A DNA stretch of 64,000 bases from a bacterium (lineage in GTDB: Bacteria; Patescibacteriota; Minisyncoccia; Moranbacterales; UBA2206), in assembly GCA_021785125.1 (NCBI GenBank), contig JAJYGF010000004.1, positions 3,124 to 67,123 on the forward strand, written 5' to 3'. Below are positions 8,215 through 18,580 of the stretch, piece by piece. A program made the translations under genes and the position numbers. Numbering within the stretch: position 1 is the stretch's first letter; each line of letters starts with the position of its first letter. The notes under the pieces were generated by a model. The model worked only from the letters and a program-made list of their open reading frames with translations, was not told where the DNA came from and made no database searches.

Positions 8215-8568
8215 CTAAATTTTATTTATCTCATCCATCATTTTATCATATTCATCCTTCGTGATTTCACCCTTGGCATATCTTTCCTTCAGAATTTCTT
8301 TGTATCTGCCTTCCGTCTTCCAGCCGTAACCCTGTCCCCCGTAATAATGGCCGCGCGGCCCGTGGATCAGTCCGCGGATCAGATAGATGACGCCCACGAT
8401 GATCAGGATCCAGACAACCAAAGTGATGATGCCGCCGAAAATTCCAAATCCCCAGCCTGCTCCGTTTCCGAATCCGCAAAACTCCGGGCTGCCTTGCGCA
8501 AAGGCCAGGACTGGATCCAGTGCAAGCACGGCTGGAATCGGAAACAGATACGCGAAAAATTTTTTCAT
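8215..8568 (-). CDS. SHOCT-domain membrane protein (signal peptide, Gly-rich TM, C-terminal SHOCT)
   Basis: Start set at MKKFFAYLFPIPAVLALDPVLAFAQ (the track ORF's first 23 codons overlap the upstream terminator); C-terminal LKERYAKGEITKDEYDKMMDEI = SHOCT motif. Confidence 0.6.
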   Translation of the reverse strand: MKKFFAYLFPIPAVLALDPVLAFAQGSPEFCGFGNGAGWGFGIFGGIITLVVWILIIVGVIYLIRGLIHGPRGHYYGGQGYGWKTEGRYKEILKERYAKGEITKDEYDKMMDEINKI

Positions 8569-8630
8569 ATGTTTGCTTATTCTATTCTTATGCCCATGCC
8601 CATAATACACTCGTTCAGAAACAAATATTG

Positions 8631-8660
8631 CAAACAAAAAACCGCGCGAGACGGTTTTTA
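8631..8660. terminator. bidirectional hairpin terminator
   Basis: aaaaccg cgcgaga cggttttt; T-tract on minus strand follows PAP2 gene stop. Confidence 0.55.
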
Positions 8661-8677
8661 ATTTCTGTTTATTCTGT

Positions 8678-9163
8678 TTATCCCAAAAATTTTTGATAAG
8701 CCGAGGATTTCTTGATCGCCGGCATCAGAAATTTGAAGACGGAATAAGCGACTGCCAATGAGATCAGGACGGCTCCAATAATATCGATGCTGTGATGCAC
8801 GCCGGCCAAGACGCGCGAAAACCCAATCAGAAGCGCCAGAAGCAACATACTCCATCCCACAATCCGATTGTAAAAAATCAGAATGAATGCGATAGCGCTG
8901 GACAAAAGCGCGTGATCAGACGGAAAACCGTTGTCCGGAGCGTGCGCGATAAGCGGCACGATATTTTCCGACACGAAAGGACGCGGATCATAATAAAACA
9001 CGCCTATGATCTTGGCCGCGATATAGATGATCGGCAGGGTGATAATGGCAAAAATTACAATCTCTTTCTGTCTTTTTCTGTCCTGTTTGAAAAAATAAAC
9101 GGCGGCGGCCAATACCACAAACAGAATCAGATACTGTGCCGAAAAAATTATGAGTATGTCCAT
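8678..9163 (-). CDS. PAP2-family phosphatase (undecaprenyl-diphosphatase/phosphatidate phosphatase-like)
   Basis: PSDHALLSSAIA and SRVLAGVHHSIDIIGA = PAP2 signature motifs; multi-TM. Confidence 0.8.
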   Translation of the reverse strand: MDILIIFSAQYLILFVVLAAAVYFFKQDRKRQKEIVIFAIITLPIIYIAAKIIGVFYYDPRPFVSENIVPLIAHAPDNGFPSDHALLSSAIAFILIFYNRIVGWSMLLLALLIGFSRVLAGVHHSIDIIGAVLISLAVAYSVFKFLMPAIKKSSAYQKFLG

Positions 9164-9176
9164 ATTGTTTCGTATT

Positions 9177-10280
9177 TTAGTTTCCGCAACTGGCCGAACC
9201 GGAACCGGACGATGACCCGGATCCGCCTCCGAAGCCCGGTGACGGAGATGTTGAAGACAATGTTTTGCTGCACGCGGCCGGTTGATTGTTGAACGCGCCG
9301 CAGATGGTTTTCAACAGACTTTCCGGATCGCGATTGGCTTGCGCTTGGACTCCGTTGATCACCAATGTTGGCGAACCCTGCACGCCATATTTTACATTAT
9401 CATCTTTATTGACATTGAATGGAGGAAATTGTCCGACCCAAGTACTTTGATCGTTCCAATCTTTGGTCACATCATATTGATTGTCGGTCTGGGCCGCACA
9501 GCTTGAAACTTGCGCGGCATTGATGCCGGCAGAAGCCATGCAACTCGCTTCGTTTCCTTGCCCTTTTTCCAAAAAGCACGCCAGATACGCATCCAGCTTC
9601 TGCGGCTGATTTTTTTCGATGCAGTATTGCCTAAGATTTTCGTCCAGCTCTTTGCGGTCGTTTTTGCTCTTGTCATTATGCATGGAGTAATCCACGAATT
9701 CCAAGGTAAATTTTATCTTGGAGCCCAACGCGTCCAAAACCGGAAGAAGGCCTTTCTCCATCTGCGTCCCGTAAGGGCAATAGCTCATGACGAATAATTT
9801 CACGTCCGGCACATCCGATTTCGGAACGGGCTGTTGGGCCTGCGCCGCCTGCTCTGGGTTGCTCTGATTTTGCGCCGCCGCCGCGATATCCATCGCATTC
9901 GGGAAGAATGTCTTGCCGTCCTGGGTTATGTAAGTGTCTATATCCTGTCCGCCGACCGTAATGGTTACTTTATACAGACTCCCCGCCTTGGATACGTTTT
10001 TCACGTCCACTTTCGTCCCGGGTTGGACCAGATTGCCGCTCACAAAATCAACCACATCTTTCTTGGCCGCCGCCGATCCGATGTCGATCGGTCTGTTTTT
10101 GATGTAATATGCCGCCGCACCCACGATAATCAGTGCGATGATAGCAATAATCAGTCCTCCCTTGCCGCTCCGCTTAAGCTCGAACCTCTTCTTTCTATGA
10201 TGATGAACTGCAGCAACTTTTTCAGGTTCTTCGACTTTTGCTCCGCCTTCGCTGATCGGAGTGTTTTTTTCTTCCGTCAT
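9177..10280 (-). CDS. membrane-anchored thioredoxin-fold (DsbA-like) protein
   Basis: N-terminal TM; VMSYCPYGTQ thioredoxin-like CxxC-type motif; Gly/Ser-rich C-terminus. Confidence 0.55.
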   Translation of the reverse strand: MTEEKNTPISEGGAKVEEPEKVAAVHHHRKKRFELKRSGKGGLIIAIIALIIVGAAAYYIKNRPIDIGSAAAKKDVVDFVSGNLVQPGTKVDVKNVSKAGSLYKVTITVGGQDIDTYITQDGKTFFPNAMDIAAAAQNQSNPEQAAQAQQPVPKSDVPDVKLFVMSYCPYGTQMEKGLLPVLDALGSKIKFTLEFVDYSMHNDKSKNDRKELDENLRQYCIEKNQPQKLDAYLACFLEKGQGNEASCMASAGINAAQVSSCAAQTDNQYDVTKDWNDQSTWVGQFPPFNVNKDDNVKYGVQGSPTLVINGVQAQANRDPESLLKTICGAFNNQPAACSKTLSSTSPSPGFGGGSGSSSGSGSASCGN

Positions 10281-10340
10281 ATTTTTTTAGAATTTATTTA
10301 CTCGTTCATTCTACACCTTCATCTTGTTTTATACAATCGA

Positions 10341-12302
10341 CTATCTTATTTGCAACTTTCGCAGCTCCGTTATTTCATCCCGAATGACGGCGGCCCGCTC
10401 GAATTGCATGGCCTTGGCCGCTTCTCTCATCTCCTTTTCTTTCTGTTTTATATAACCTCTGACATCTTCCAATGATTCCAGTTGTGAGAAATCTCGCGTA
10501 ATTTGAGGCTTGATTTCATGATCAACTATGGATTTTATGTTTTTGCGGATAGTTCGAGGCGTGATCCGATGCTTTCTGTTGTATTCCAACTGGATGGCGC
10601 GGCGGCGACCGGTCTCATCGATAGCTCGCTTCATTGATCCTGTCATATTATCCGCATAGAGGATGACCCGGCCGGAAACATTTCTGGCCGCCCGTCCGAT
10701 CGTTTGGATGAGCGACGTCTCACTACGCAGAAAACCTTCTTTGTCGGCGTCTAAAATAGCCACTAAAGAAACTTCCGGAAGATCCAATCCTTCCCGCAAA
10801 AGATTGACTCCTACTAAAACATCGACTTCGCCCTTGCGCAAATCCTCCAGTATGCTTATCCTATCCAAAGTTTCGACTTGCGAATGCAAATACTGTGCCT
10901 TTATTTTGTTTTCAAGCAGAAATTCAGTCAGGTCTTCGGCCATTTTTTTGGTCAGAGTCGTTATCAGGACTCTTTCTCCCTTGGCAATCACCACCTTAAT
11001 CTCTTCAATCACATCCTTAACCTGTCCTTTCGCCGATTTAACGATCAGCTCTGGATCGATCAATCCAGTCGGACGGATTATTTGTTCCGCGATCAATGTC
11101 GAATGTTTATTTTCATATTCCGCCGGCGTGGCAGAAGTAAAAATAAGCTGATTTATTTTTGATTCAAATTCCGGAAATTTCAGAGGCCGGTTGTCAAAAG
11201 CGCTCGGCAAGCGGAAACCGTTTTCAACCAAAGATTTCTTTCTGGAATAATCTCCGTTATACATTCCGTTCAATTGGGGGATGGTCACATGAGATTCATC
11301 GACAACCATCAAAAAATCGCCGGGGAAATAATCGATCAATGTGTACGGCGCTTCGCCCGGATTCCTTTCCGTCAGGTAGCGCGAGTAATTTTCTATGCCG
11401 TTGCAATAGCCGATTTCCCGCATCATTTCGATGTCCTGCCGCGTCCGCCGTTCCAGTCTTTCCGCCTCCAAAAGCTTTCCGCCATTTTTGAAATATCTGA
11501 TACGATCTTCTAATTCTGCTTCTATTTTTTTTAAAGCATTCTCCATGACCGGTTCGGGCACCATAAAATGCTTGGCTGGAAAAATCACAGTTTTGGAAAG
11601 CCGCTCCGATTCTTCGCCCGTCAAAAAATCATAATCGAATATTTTTTCGATTTTTTCTTTTTCCATCTCGACGCGCGTCACAATTTCTCTGGCCGGCGAC
11701 ATTATTTCGATCGTATCGCCGATCAGTCTGAATTTGCCGCGGGATAAAATGTCCGAACGCGCATATTGCATGTCGACCAATTTCCTCACGATTGAATCCC
11801 GATCGATTTTTTGACCGACGGACATTTCAAAAGTGATGTCGCGATAATAATCCGGCGAGCCTAAACCGTAAATGCAAGAAACCGAAGCCACAATGATAGT
11901 ATCGCGCCGCGCAAGCAGCGCAACAGTCGAAGCATGGCGCAACCGGTCGATTTCATCGTTTATCTGCGATTCTTTTTCAATGTAGGTGTCGCTGGAAGCG
12001 ATATAGGCTTCCGGCTGGTAATAATCGTAGTATGAAACGAAATATTCCACCGCGTTTTTCGGGAAAAATGTGCGGAACTCCTGCGCCAATTGCGCCGCCA
12101 AAGTCTTATTCGGTGCGATGACCAAAGTCGGCTTCTGCACTTTTTCGATGACATTCGCGATCGTAAATGTCTTGCCGCTGCCTGTCACGCCCAAAAGTGT
12201 CTGAAATTTGTTTCCCGCCTTGATGCCTTTCGCCAGTTTATCAATCGCCTGCGGCTGGTCGCCTTGCGGCTCATATTTTGAAGAAATTTTAAATTTGGCC
12301 AT
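10341..12302 (-). CDS. uvrB: excinuclease ABC subunit B
   Basis: GVTGSGKT Walker A, helicase motifs, C-terminal UVR domain ([13 protein letters not shown]). Confidence 0.95.
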   Translation of the reverse strand: MAKFKISSKYEPQGDQPQAIDKLAKGIKAGNKFQTLLGVTGSGKTFTIANVIEKVQKPTLVIAPNKTLAAQLAQEFRTFFPKNAVEYFVSYYDYYQPEAYIASSDTYIEKESQINDEIDRLRHASTVALLARRDTIIVASVSCIYGLGSPDYYRDITFEMSVGQKIDRDSIVRKLVDMQYARSDILSRGKFRLIGDTIEIMSPAREIVTRVEMEKEKIEKIFDYDFLTGEESERLSKTVIFPAKHFMVPEPVMENALKKIEAELEDRIRYFKNGGKLLEAERLERRTRQDIEMMREIGYCNGIENYSRYLTERNPGEAPYTLIDYFPGDFLMVVDESHVTIPQLNGMYNGDYSRKKSLVENGFRLPSAFDNRPLKFPEFESKINQLIFTSATPAEYENKHSTLIAEQIIRPTGLIDPELIVKSAKGQVKDVIEEIKVVIAKGERVLITTLTKKMAEDLTEFLLENKIKAQYLHSQVETLDRISILEDLRKGEVDVLVGVNLLREGLDLPEVSLVAILDADKEGFLRSETSLIQTIGRAARNVSGRVILYADNMTGSMKRAIDETGRRRAIQLEYNRKHRITPRTIRKNIKSIVDHEIKPQITRDFSQLESLEDVRGYIKQKEKEMREAAKAMQFERAAVIRDEITELRKLQIR

Positions 12303-12344
12303 ATTGATTACCCATATTACAACCGATATGTCGCTCTGTCCACT

Positions 12345-13424
12345 CTATAAGTAGCTGCTTCGCTCCTCTTCTCTCAATTTTTCCACGATTTTTTTAACGT
12401 CCGCCACCCTGTTTTTATCCGCGATCAGGATCGCCTTGTCTGTTTCCACAATAACTATATCCTTAAGTCCGACCGTGGCCACCAGCTTGTCCTTTCCGTA
12501 AACCAGACAATTCCGACTGCCCACATCGATATGGTTGCCTTGGACCACCATCGAATCCGTTCCGTTTTTAAAAAAATCGAATAACGCGCTCCAGTTTCCC
12601 ACATCCGACCAATCCAATTCGGATGGAACCACCAGCAATTTGTCTTTTTTCAATTTTTCCGCAATCGCGGTGTCGATAGGTTCGTCCACCGCCGCTTCAT
12701 ACAGTTTCCTGATCTCGTTTTCATCCGTAACGGCAGGGATTTTTTGCAAAATCGCATGTGTTTCCGGCATCAATTTCTTCACCATTTCAAGGAAGCCTGC
12801 CGCCGAAAAGCTGAAGTATCCGGCATTCCACAAATATTCCCATTCCAGCAGATATTTTTTCGCTTTTTCCAGATCAGGCTTTTCCACGAACGAATCGACA
12901 TAAAATATCCTCTTGCCGTCCAACTGTGCAAATTCGCTCCCCATCTTGATATAGCCGAAATTCGTATCCGGATAGGTCGGATTGATGCCGACCAGGACCA
13001 GCTTGTCCCGGTTGCTTCGGGCGGTTTTCAAGGCGGTTGAAACGGACAGAACAAACTCATCCACGTTTTTAACGACATGATCCGAAGCAACCGTCGCCAC
13101 GACAGCTTCTGGATTTTTACTGAAAATATTTTGTGCTACGAGCGCGATAGCCGGAGCCGTGCCTCTGGAACTGGGCTCGAGTATGAGCTGCGCATCACTA
13201 AGTTCCGGCAATTGTTCCAAAACGACACCCTTATAACGTTCGACGGTCGAAACCAAAATATTTTCTTTCGGTACGATACGCGCGACCCGGGCATAGGTTT
13301 CCTGGATCATGGTCATGGAAGAGGTCAGAGACTGAAACTGTTTCGGCTTATTTTTGTGACTCATTGGCCAAAGTCTGGTTCCGGCACCTCCGGCCATTAT
13401 CACGGCGTAGAAATTCTTATCCAT
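12345..13424 (-). CDS. mannose-1-phosphate guanylyltransferase (GDP-mannose pyrophosphorylase family nucleotidyltransferase)
   Basis: VIMAGGAGTRLWP N-terminal NTP-transferase motif; 359 aa. Confidence 0.75.
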   Translation of the reverse strand: MDKNFYAVIMAGGAGTRLWPMSHKNKPKQFQSLTSSMTMIQETYARVARIVPKENILVSTVERYKGVVLEQLPELSDAQLILEPSSRGTAPAIALVAQNIFSKNPEAVVATVASDHVVKNVDEFVLSVSTALKTARSNRDKLVLVGINPTYPDTNFGYIKMGSEFAQLDGKRIFYVDSFVEKPDLEKAKKYLLEWEYLWNAGYFSFSAAGFLEMVKKLMPETHAILQKIPAVTDENEIRKLYEAAVDEPIDTAIAEKLKKDKLLVVPSELDWSDVGNWSALFDFFKNGTDSMVVQGNHIDVGSRNCLVYGKDKLVATVGLKDIVIVETDKAILIADKNRVADVKKIVEKLREEERSSYL

Positions 13425-13631
13425 AGAGCGGTTGAATTATTAAAAATGATTTGTGATATAATTAAAACACAATGAAGAAAAAAGTTAAAGCCGAAAAACG
13501 CGAAGAAAAGAACAAGCCCAGGATGAAAATTTCAGGCAAAAGCGTTTTTGTGCTGAAGAAGATAATTCATAAGAAAGATAGCGATCGATATTGACCGAAA
13601 AAGGTCGGTGTGATAAGCTATCACAAGTTTT

Positions 13632-13994
13632 ATGAGGCTCCTAATACGAATTTTGGCCAATTGCGCCGCAATCATAATAGCCGCCAAATACGTGCCCGGA
13701 TTTTCCTTCAGAGGATCGATTTCGGAACTTTTGATGGCGGGAATCATTATCGGCCTGATAAATGCTTTGATAAAGCCGATAATAGAATTGATCGCATTGC
13801 CGGTCGTCTTTTTGACACTGGGCCTTTTCAACATAATAATCAATGTGGGACTGCTTCTTTTTGCAGCTAAATTCATTCCTCATTTGACAATCGACGGATT
13901 TTGGCCGGCTTTTTGGGGAGTGCTGATCATCAGTTTGATGAATCATCTCGTTTCCCGTCTTAGCCGCAACACCGGTAATTTGAATAACTTTTAA
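13632..13994 (+). CDS. DUF360/YvlD-like (phage holin family 4) membrane protein
   Basis: 4-TM profile IIAAKYVPGF...GLINALIKPIIELIALPVVFLTLGLF... typical of the family. Confidence 0.6.
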   Translation: MRLLIRILANCAAIIIAAKYVPGFSFRGSISELLMAGIIIGLINALIKPIIELIALPVVFLTLGLFNIIINVGLLLFAAKFIPHLTIDGFWPAFWGVLIISLMNHLVSRLSRNTGNLNNF

Positions 13995-13997
13995 AAA

Positions 13998-14222
13998 ATG
14001 TTAAAAATTATCAACATCAGTGAAATAATCGTCTCGATTTTGCTCATAACCTCGATATTGTTGCAAAATCGCGGAGCCGGGTTATCTTCAACATTCGGAG
14101 GGGATTTTGGAGGCTATTACAGCAAGCGCGGATTTGAGAAATTTCTAGTGATCTTCTCTTCTGTTTTAGCCGCTATCTTTATTATTCTGGCCGTCATAAA
14201 TCTGCTGATCTCCAACACATAA
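13998..14222 (+). CDS. secG: preprotein translocase subunit SecG
   Basis: LLQNRGAGLSSTFGG...RG.EK.L...T..LA..F pattern, 74 aa, two TM. Confidence 0.65.
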   Translation: MLKIINISEIIVSILLITSILLQNRGAGLSSTFGGDFGGYYSKRGFEKFLVIFSSVLAAIFIILAVINLLISNT

Positions 14223-14271
14223 ACCATAATTCAAGTCTATTCGTAATTTTCACAGCAAAAAATGGCCCTCT

Positions 14272-15948
14272 TTGCGCCAGTGGCCGAAAATAACCAGAGT
14301 CTTAAGTCTGAAAGAAAAAATTATTTTTTATTTTCTTTTATTGGTATTCATTGGATCCATCTTTAGCTGGGGAATCTTATTTTATCTCTCCAAAACAAAA
14401 GCCGTACCGACATACGGAGGCGAATATATCGAAGGCATAGTCGGCCAACCGATGTATATAAATCCTGTATTGTCGGCCTCCAACGACGCGGATGATGACC
14501 TAGTCAGGACCATTTACAGCAGCCTGTTCAAATATGATGGCCAAGGCCATCTGGAAAATGACCTGGTCGACACTTATTCTATTTCCAACGACAAAACCCA
14601 ATACACAATACATCTGAAAAAAAACGTGAAGTGGCATGACGACCAACCGCTTACGGCCGCCGACGTCTTATTTACCATCAATTTAATTTCCGATCCGGCC
14701 TACAAAAGTCCCTTGCGCTCAAATTGGCAAGGCATCCAAACATCTTCTTCAGATGATTACACTCTGACTTTTACCCTTCAAACTCCGTACGTTGGATTCT
14801 TGAACGATTTAACGTTCGGCATCCTGCCAAAACATATCTGGGGATCGATCGGGCCGGACAAATTTACCTTGACTGATCTTAATTTGGAACCGATCGGCAG
14901 CGGACCGTATAAATACAGCTCCTTCCAGAAAGATTCCAATGGAAACATACTGTCATACAAACTGATGGCCAACCCGAATTATTTTGACGGCAAGCCTTAT
15001 ATATCCAAACTGACTTTTGATTTTTACGCGGACGACGCTTCCGTTATCGATGCGTACAACAAGAAGGAAATAATGGGCATAAGCAGCATCTCGCCAAGCG
15101 AACTTCCGGGCATAAAATTGCCGCAAAGCACACAAGCTTACAAATTTGAAATTCCCAGATATTTTGCCATTTTTTTCAACCAAACCAAAAGCATACCGCT
15201 GGCGACCAATGAGGTCCGCCAAGCGTTAGCCTATGCCACCAATCGCCAGGAGATAATCGACAAAGTACTGGATAGCAACGGCAGTCCGGTCTACGCTCCT
15301 ATCCTGAAAGGCATGGTCGGATATGACGATTCGCTGAACAAATATGACTTCAACCTCGACAAAGCCAACCAAATCCTGGATAATGCCGGCTGGGCTCGCG
15401 GCACCGACGGGTTTCGAGGCAAAAATAACACGGCTTTGGCGATAAACCTGGTTACAACCGATTGGCCGGAACTCAAACAGACCGCCCAGATCATTCGGTC
15501 TCAATGGGAGAAAATCGGAGTCAAGGTCAACATAACCAATCTATCGATTTCCGATATTCAACAAAACTATATCCGGCCGAGAGAATATGAGGCCCTGCTT
15601 TTCGGACAAGTGCTTGGAGCCGATCCGGATCCGTATTCGTTTTGGGATTCGACGCAAAAACACGATCCCGGCCTCAATCTGTCGCTTTATGGAGACAGCA
15701 ACTCCGATCAGCTGATCACGAACGGAAGGGAAGAATTCGATCCAGCCAAAAGAGCTGCGATATATACGAATTTCCAAACACAGCTTGATTCGGAAATTCC
15801 AGCCATATTTCTCTACAGCCCCGATTATGTCTATCCGGTCAATAAAAGCGTGCACGGAATCAACATAACCGACCTGATTTCTCCCGCCCAGCGTTTTTCC
15901 GACATCACCAAATGGTATATCGACACCAGGCGAATCTGGAAAAAATAA
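14272..15948 (+). CDS. ABC transporter substrate-binding protein, family 5 (peptide/nickel type)
   Basis: 558 aa, N-terminal TM/signal, SBP_bac_5-like architecture. Confidence 0.75.
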   Translation: MRQWPKITRVLSLKEKIIFYFLLLVFIGSIFSWGILFYLSKTKAVPTYGGEYIEGIVGQPMYINPVLSASNDADDDLVRTIYSSLFKYDGQGHLENDLVDTYSISNDKTQYTIHLKKNVKWHDDQPLTAADVLFTINLISDPAYKSPLRSNWQGIQTSSSDDYTLTFTLQTPYVGFLNDLTFGILPKHIWGSIGPDKFTLTDLNLEPIGSGPYKYSSFQKDSNGNILSYKLMANPNYFDGKPYISKLTFDFYADDASVIDAYNKKEIMGISSISPSELPGIKLPQSTQAYKFEIPRYFAIFFNQTKSIPLATNEVRQALAYATNRQEIIDKVLDSNGSPVYAPILKGMVGYDDSLNKYDFNLDKANQILDNAGWARGTDGFRGKNNTALAINLVTTDWPELKQTAQIIRSQWEKIGVKVNITNLSISDIQQNYIRPREYEALLFGQVLGADPDPYSFWDSTQKHDPGLNLSLYGDSNSDQLITNGREEFDPAKRAAIYTNFQTQLDSEIPAIFLYSPDYVYPVNKSVHGINITDLISPAQRFSDITKWYIDTRRIWKK

Positions 15949-15965
15949 ATATTAATAACAAAACG

Positions 15966-16574
15966 ATGCCTATCGATTTCAAGAATGTTCCTAAACATTA
16001 TGCTTCCCGCAGCCACGAGAAGATGAAAGATGTTCTAATGGATCCGGACGGCCACGGGCCAGCCATCCATTATTACATGATTCGCGGCGGCGCCGACCAG
16101 AAAAATATCACCGTTTGGGAGCCGGGAACGGTCTCCGGAGAATACATAAAGACTTACGGACACTACCACGTCGGCGATTTGAGCGAAACCTATTGGATAA
16201 TTTACGGACAAGGCATCGCGTTGCTGCAAAAATTGGCCGAGGATGAAAACGGCCGAATGGTTCCCGATGAGGTTTCAGAATTCAAAGCTATTCCAGTCAA
16301 AGCGGGAGACGAGGTGTTTATGCCATCCAAATACGGACATCTGGTGGTTAACATTGGACAAACTTATTTCGCCACCGCCGATGACAGTCCAGTCGACTTT
16401 GAAGAGCGCGATCCGACCAGCTTTCCCGGCCATGCCGACTACGCGCTGGTACAACAAATGCGCGGATTCGCCTACTACGTCGTGGAACACGAAGGAAAGC
16501 CTGCACTGAAAAAGAATCATTTGTATAAAAACATCCGAAACGAAGATCTCGCCGGCCTGCCTGTAATAAATTGA
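15966..16574 (+). CDS. cupin-type glucose-6-phosphate isomerase (archaeal-type cPGI)
   Basis: TYGHYH and MPSKYGHLVVNIG plus ETYWIIYGQGIALLQ align with Pyrococcus cPGI motifs TKGHFH / PPYWAHRTVNIG / EVYVALKGKGGMLLQ. Start moved to MPIDF because the track ORF start overlaps the upstream gene. Confidence 0.7.
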   Translation: MPIDFKNVPKHYASRSHEKMKDVLMDPDGHGPAIHYYMIRGGADQKNITVWEPGTVSGEYIKTYGHYHVGDLSETYWIIYGQGIALLQKLAEDENGRMVPDEVSEFKAIPVKAGDEVFMPSKYGHLVVNIGQTYFATADDSPVDFEERDPTSFPGHADYALVQQMRGFAYYVVEHEGKPALKKNHLYKNIRNEDLAGLPVIN

Positions 16575-16576
16575 CT

Positions 16577-16605
16577 TGACTTTTTTCCGTGCTTAGTGTA
16601 TTATT
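16577..16605 (+). promoter_or_regulatory. sigma70-like promoter (TTGACT-17-TATTAT) ahead of RNase J leader
   Basis: ttgact tttttccgtgcttagtg tattat; ~200-nt leader precedes rnj. Confidence 0.4.
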
Positions 16606-16809
16606 AAAGCATCTAAGCTTTCTTCATTAATTATTCCGTTCCGGGCGCTTGAAACAATAAACGACTTTCGGCTTGCTTTGGTCAAAAGCGATCTTATTGT
16701 TTGCGGGACGGAAAATTCACTCGATTTTGAGCTTTACATCTTAAAATATTAAAAAAAATAATAATCCGTTTTCTTTGTAGAATCATAGACACAGACCGGA
16801 TAAAAAATT

Positions 16810-18531
16810 ATGATAAGAAGACCGAGTTCGCTTTCGAGCGAGCAAGCAAGACGCAATTATTCCAAAGACAATTTACGCATAATTCCTCTGGGCGGGCTAG
16901 AGGAGATCGGGAGAAACATGACCGTATTCGAATACGGCCAGGACATAATCATCGTCGACATGGGGCTTCAATTTCCCGATGAAGACATGCCGGGAATCGA
17001 TTACATTATTCCCGATGTCACCTACCTCCAAGGAAAAGAAAAAAAGATCCGCGGAGTATTGATCACTCACGGACATTACGACCACATCGGCGCCATCCCG
17101 CATCTCATGGAAAAATTGGGCAATCCGCCGATATATATGACCGAATTGACCCGCGGCATTGTCATCAAAAGACAGGAAGATTACAAAGACAAAGCGCCGC
17201 TCAATATCCATACGGTTAAAAAAATCGACAGGATCCGCCTAGGCGCTTTCAACATCGAATTTTTTCATGTCAATCACACCATTCCGGATGCCGTCGGCCT
17301 GGCTATCACGACGCCGGTCGGAACAATCGTGCATACTGGAGATTTCAAATTTGATCATTCGCCGATTTCCGATGCTCCGGCCGACGTAGCTAAAATCGCC
17401 AGATTAGGAAGCGAGGGGGTATTGGCCCTGATGTCAGATTCGACCGACTCGCAAACTCCGGGCTATTCGCTTTCGGAATCAAAAATCGCCGTAACACTGG
17501 ATGAGATATTTCAGAATACCCAAGGCAGGCTTATCATCGCCACATTCTCCGCCCTTATCAGCCGCATCCAGTCAGTCGTAGCCGCGGCGGAAAAACACGG
17601 CCGCAAACTAGCTGTGGACGGATATTCCATGCGCACCAATGTTGAGATTGCCAGAGCGTTAGGCTACTTGCAAACCAAAAAATCAACCTTTATTCCGATC
17701 AATAAAGTCAACGACTATCCGGACAATAAAGTGGCTATCATCTGCACCGGAGCGCAAGGCGAAGCCAATGCGGTTCTCATGCGGATCGTTTCCGGCGAAC
17801 ATCGGTTCGTAAAGGTCCACAAAGATGACACGTTTGTTCTGTCTTCGTCCGTCATTCCAGGCAATGAAAGAACCGTCCAAGCCATCATGGACACCATCTA
17901 CAGAAAAGATGCCAAGGTCATAAACTACAAAATGATGGACGTTCACGCCGGAGGACACGCCAGACAGGAGGATCTGAAAATGATGATCAATCTTCTGCGG
18001 CCCAAGCATCTTATCCCTATCCACGGAAATTATTACATGCTGAAACTACATGGGCAGCTGGGAATTTCCGTCGGCATGGATCCGAAAAACATATTGATAG
18101 GAGAAAACGGCAGAGTGATAGAATTCGATTACAGGGGCAATGGCAAAGTCACGGAAGAAAAGGTGCCAACCGAGCATATCATGGTGGACGGCTTGGGTGT
18201 CGGCGACATCGGACAAGTCGTCTTGCGCGACCGCCAAGTACTGGCCAAAGACGGCATGTTTACGATCATAGTGATTATCGATTCAAAGACCAAGAAAATC
18301 ATCGGCAAGCCGCAAGTGACTTCCCGAGGGTTCATTTTCGTCAAAGAAAATTTTGACCTGGTTAATGCCACAAAAAAGAAAGTCGAAGAGATTGTAGAAA
18401 AAACCACTTCGCCCGATACGGCCGTCAACTGGGATTACGTCAAAAACAATATTCGTGAAACGGTCGGATCATATCTCTATTCAAAGACCCAGAGACGTCC
18501 GATGGTCTTGCCGGTCGTGATCGAGGTATAA
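16810..18531 (+). CDS. rnj: ribonuclease J
   Basis: Metallo-beta-lactamase HGHYDHIG motif, beta-CASP region, 573 aa. Confidence 0.9.
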   Translation: MIRRPSSLSSEQARRNYSKDNLRIIPLGGLEEIGRNMTVFEYGQDIIIVDMGLQFPDEDMPGIDYIIPDVTYLQGKEKKIRGVLITHGHYDHIGAIPHLMEKLGNPPIYMTELTRGIVIKRQEDYKDKAPLNIHTVKKIDRIRLGAFNIEFFHVNHTIPDAVGLAITTPVGTIVHTGDFKFDHSPISDAPADVAKIARLGSEGVLALMSDSTDSQTPGYSLSESKIAVTLDEIFQNTQGRLIIATFSALISRIQSVVAAAEKHGRKLAVDGYSMRTNVEIARALGYLQTKKSTFIPINKVNDYPDNKVAIICTGAQGEANAVLMRIVSGEHRFVKVHKDDTFVLSSSVIPGNERTVQAIMDTIYRKDAKVINYKMMDVHAGGHARQEDLKMMINLLRPKHLIPIHGNYYMLKLHGQLGISVGMDPKNILIGENGRVIEFDYRGNGKVTEEKVPTEHIMVDGLGVGDIGQVVLRDRQVLAKDGMFTIIVIIDSKTKKIIGKPQVTSRGFIFVKENFDLVNATKKKVEEIVEKTTSPDTAVNWDYVKNNIRETVGSYLYSKTQRRPMVLPVVIEV

Positions 18532-18544
18532 AATAACCAAAGTA

Positions 18545-18567
18545 AAAACCGGTTAGCCGGTTTTTTT
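18545..18567. terminator. bidirectional intrinsic terminator
   Basis: aaaaaccgg tta gccggttttttt. Confidence 0.7.
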
Positions 18568-18580
18568 GTATGAATAAAAT

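Noticed and set aside
9834-10475. 213-aa plus-strand ORF antisense to the thioredoxin-like gene and the uvrB 3' end
   Set aside because: Spans two convergent real genes on the other strand. Arg-rich frame-shadow composition.
13532-13876. 114-aa minus-strand ORF overlapping the DUF360 gene
   Set aside because: The plus-strand frame gives a clean 4-TM DUF360/YvlD pattern contiguous with secG. The minus ORF has no motif.
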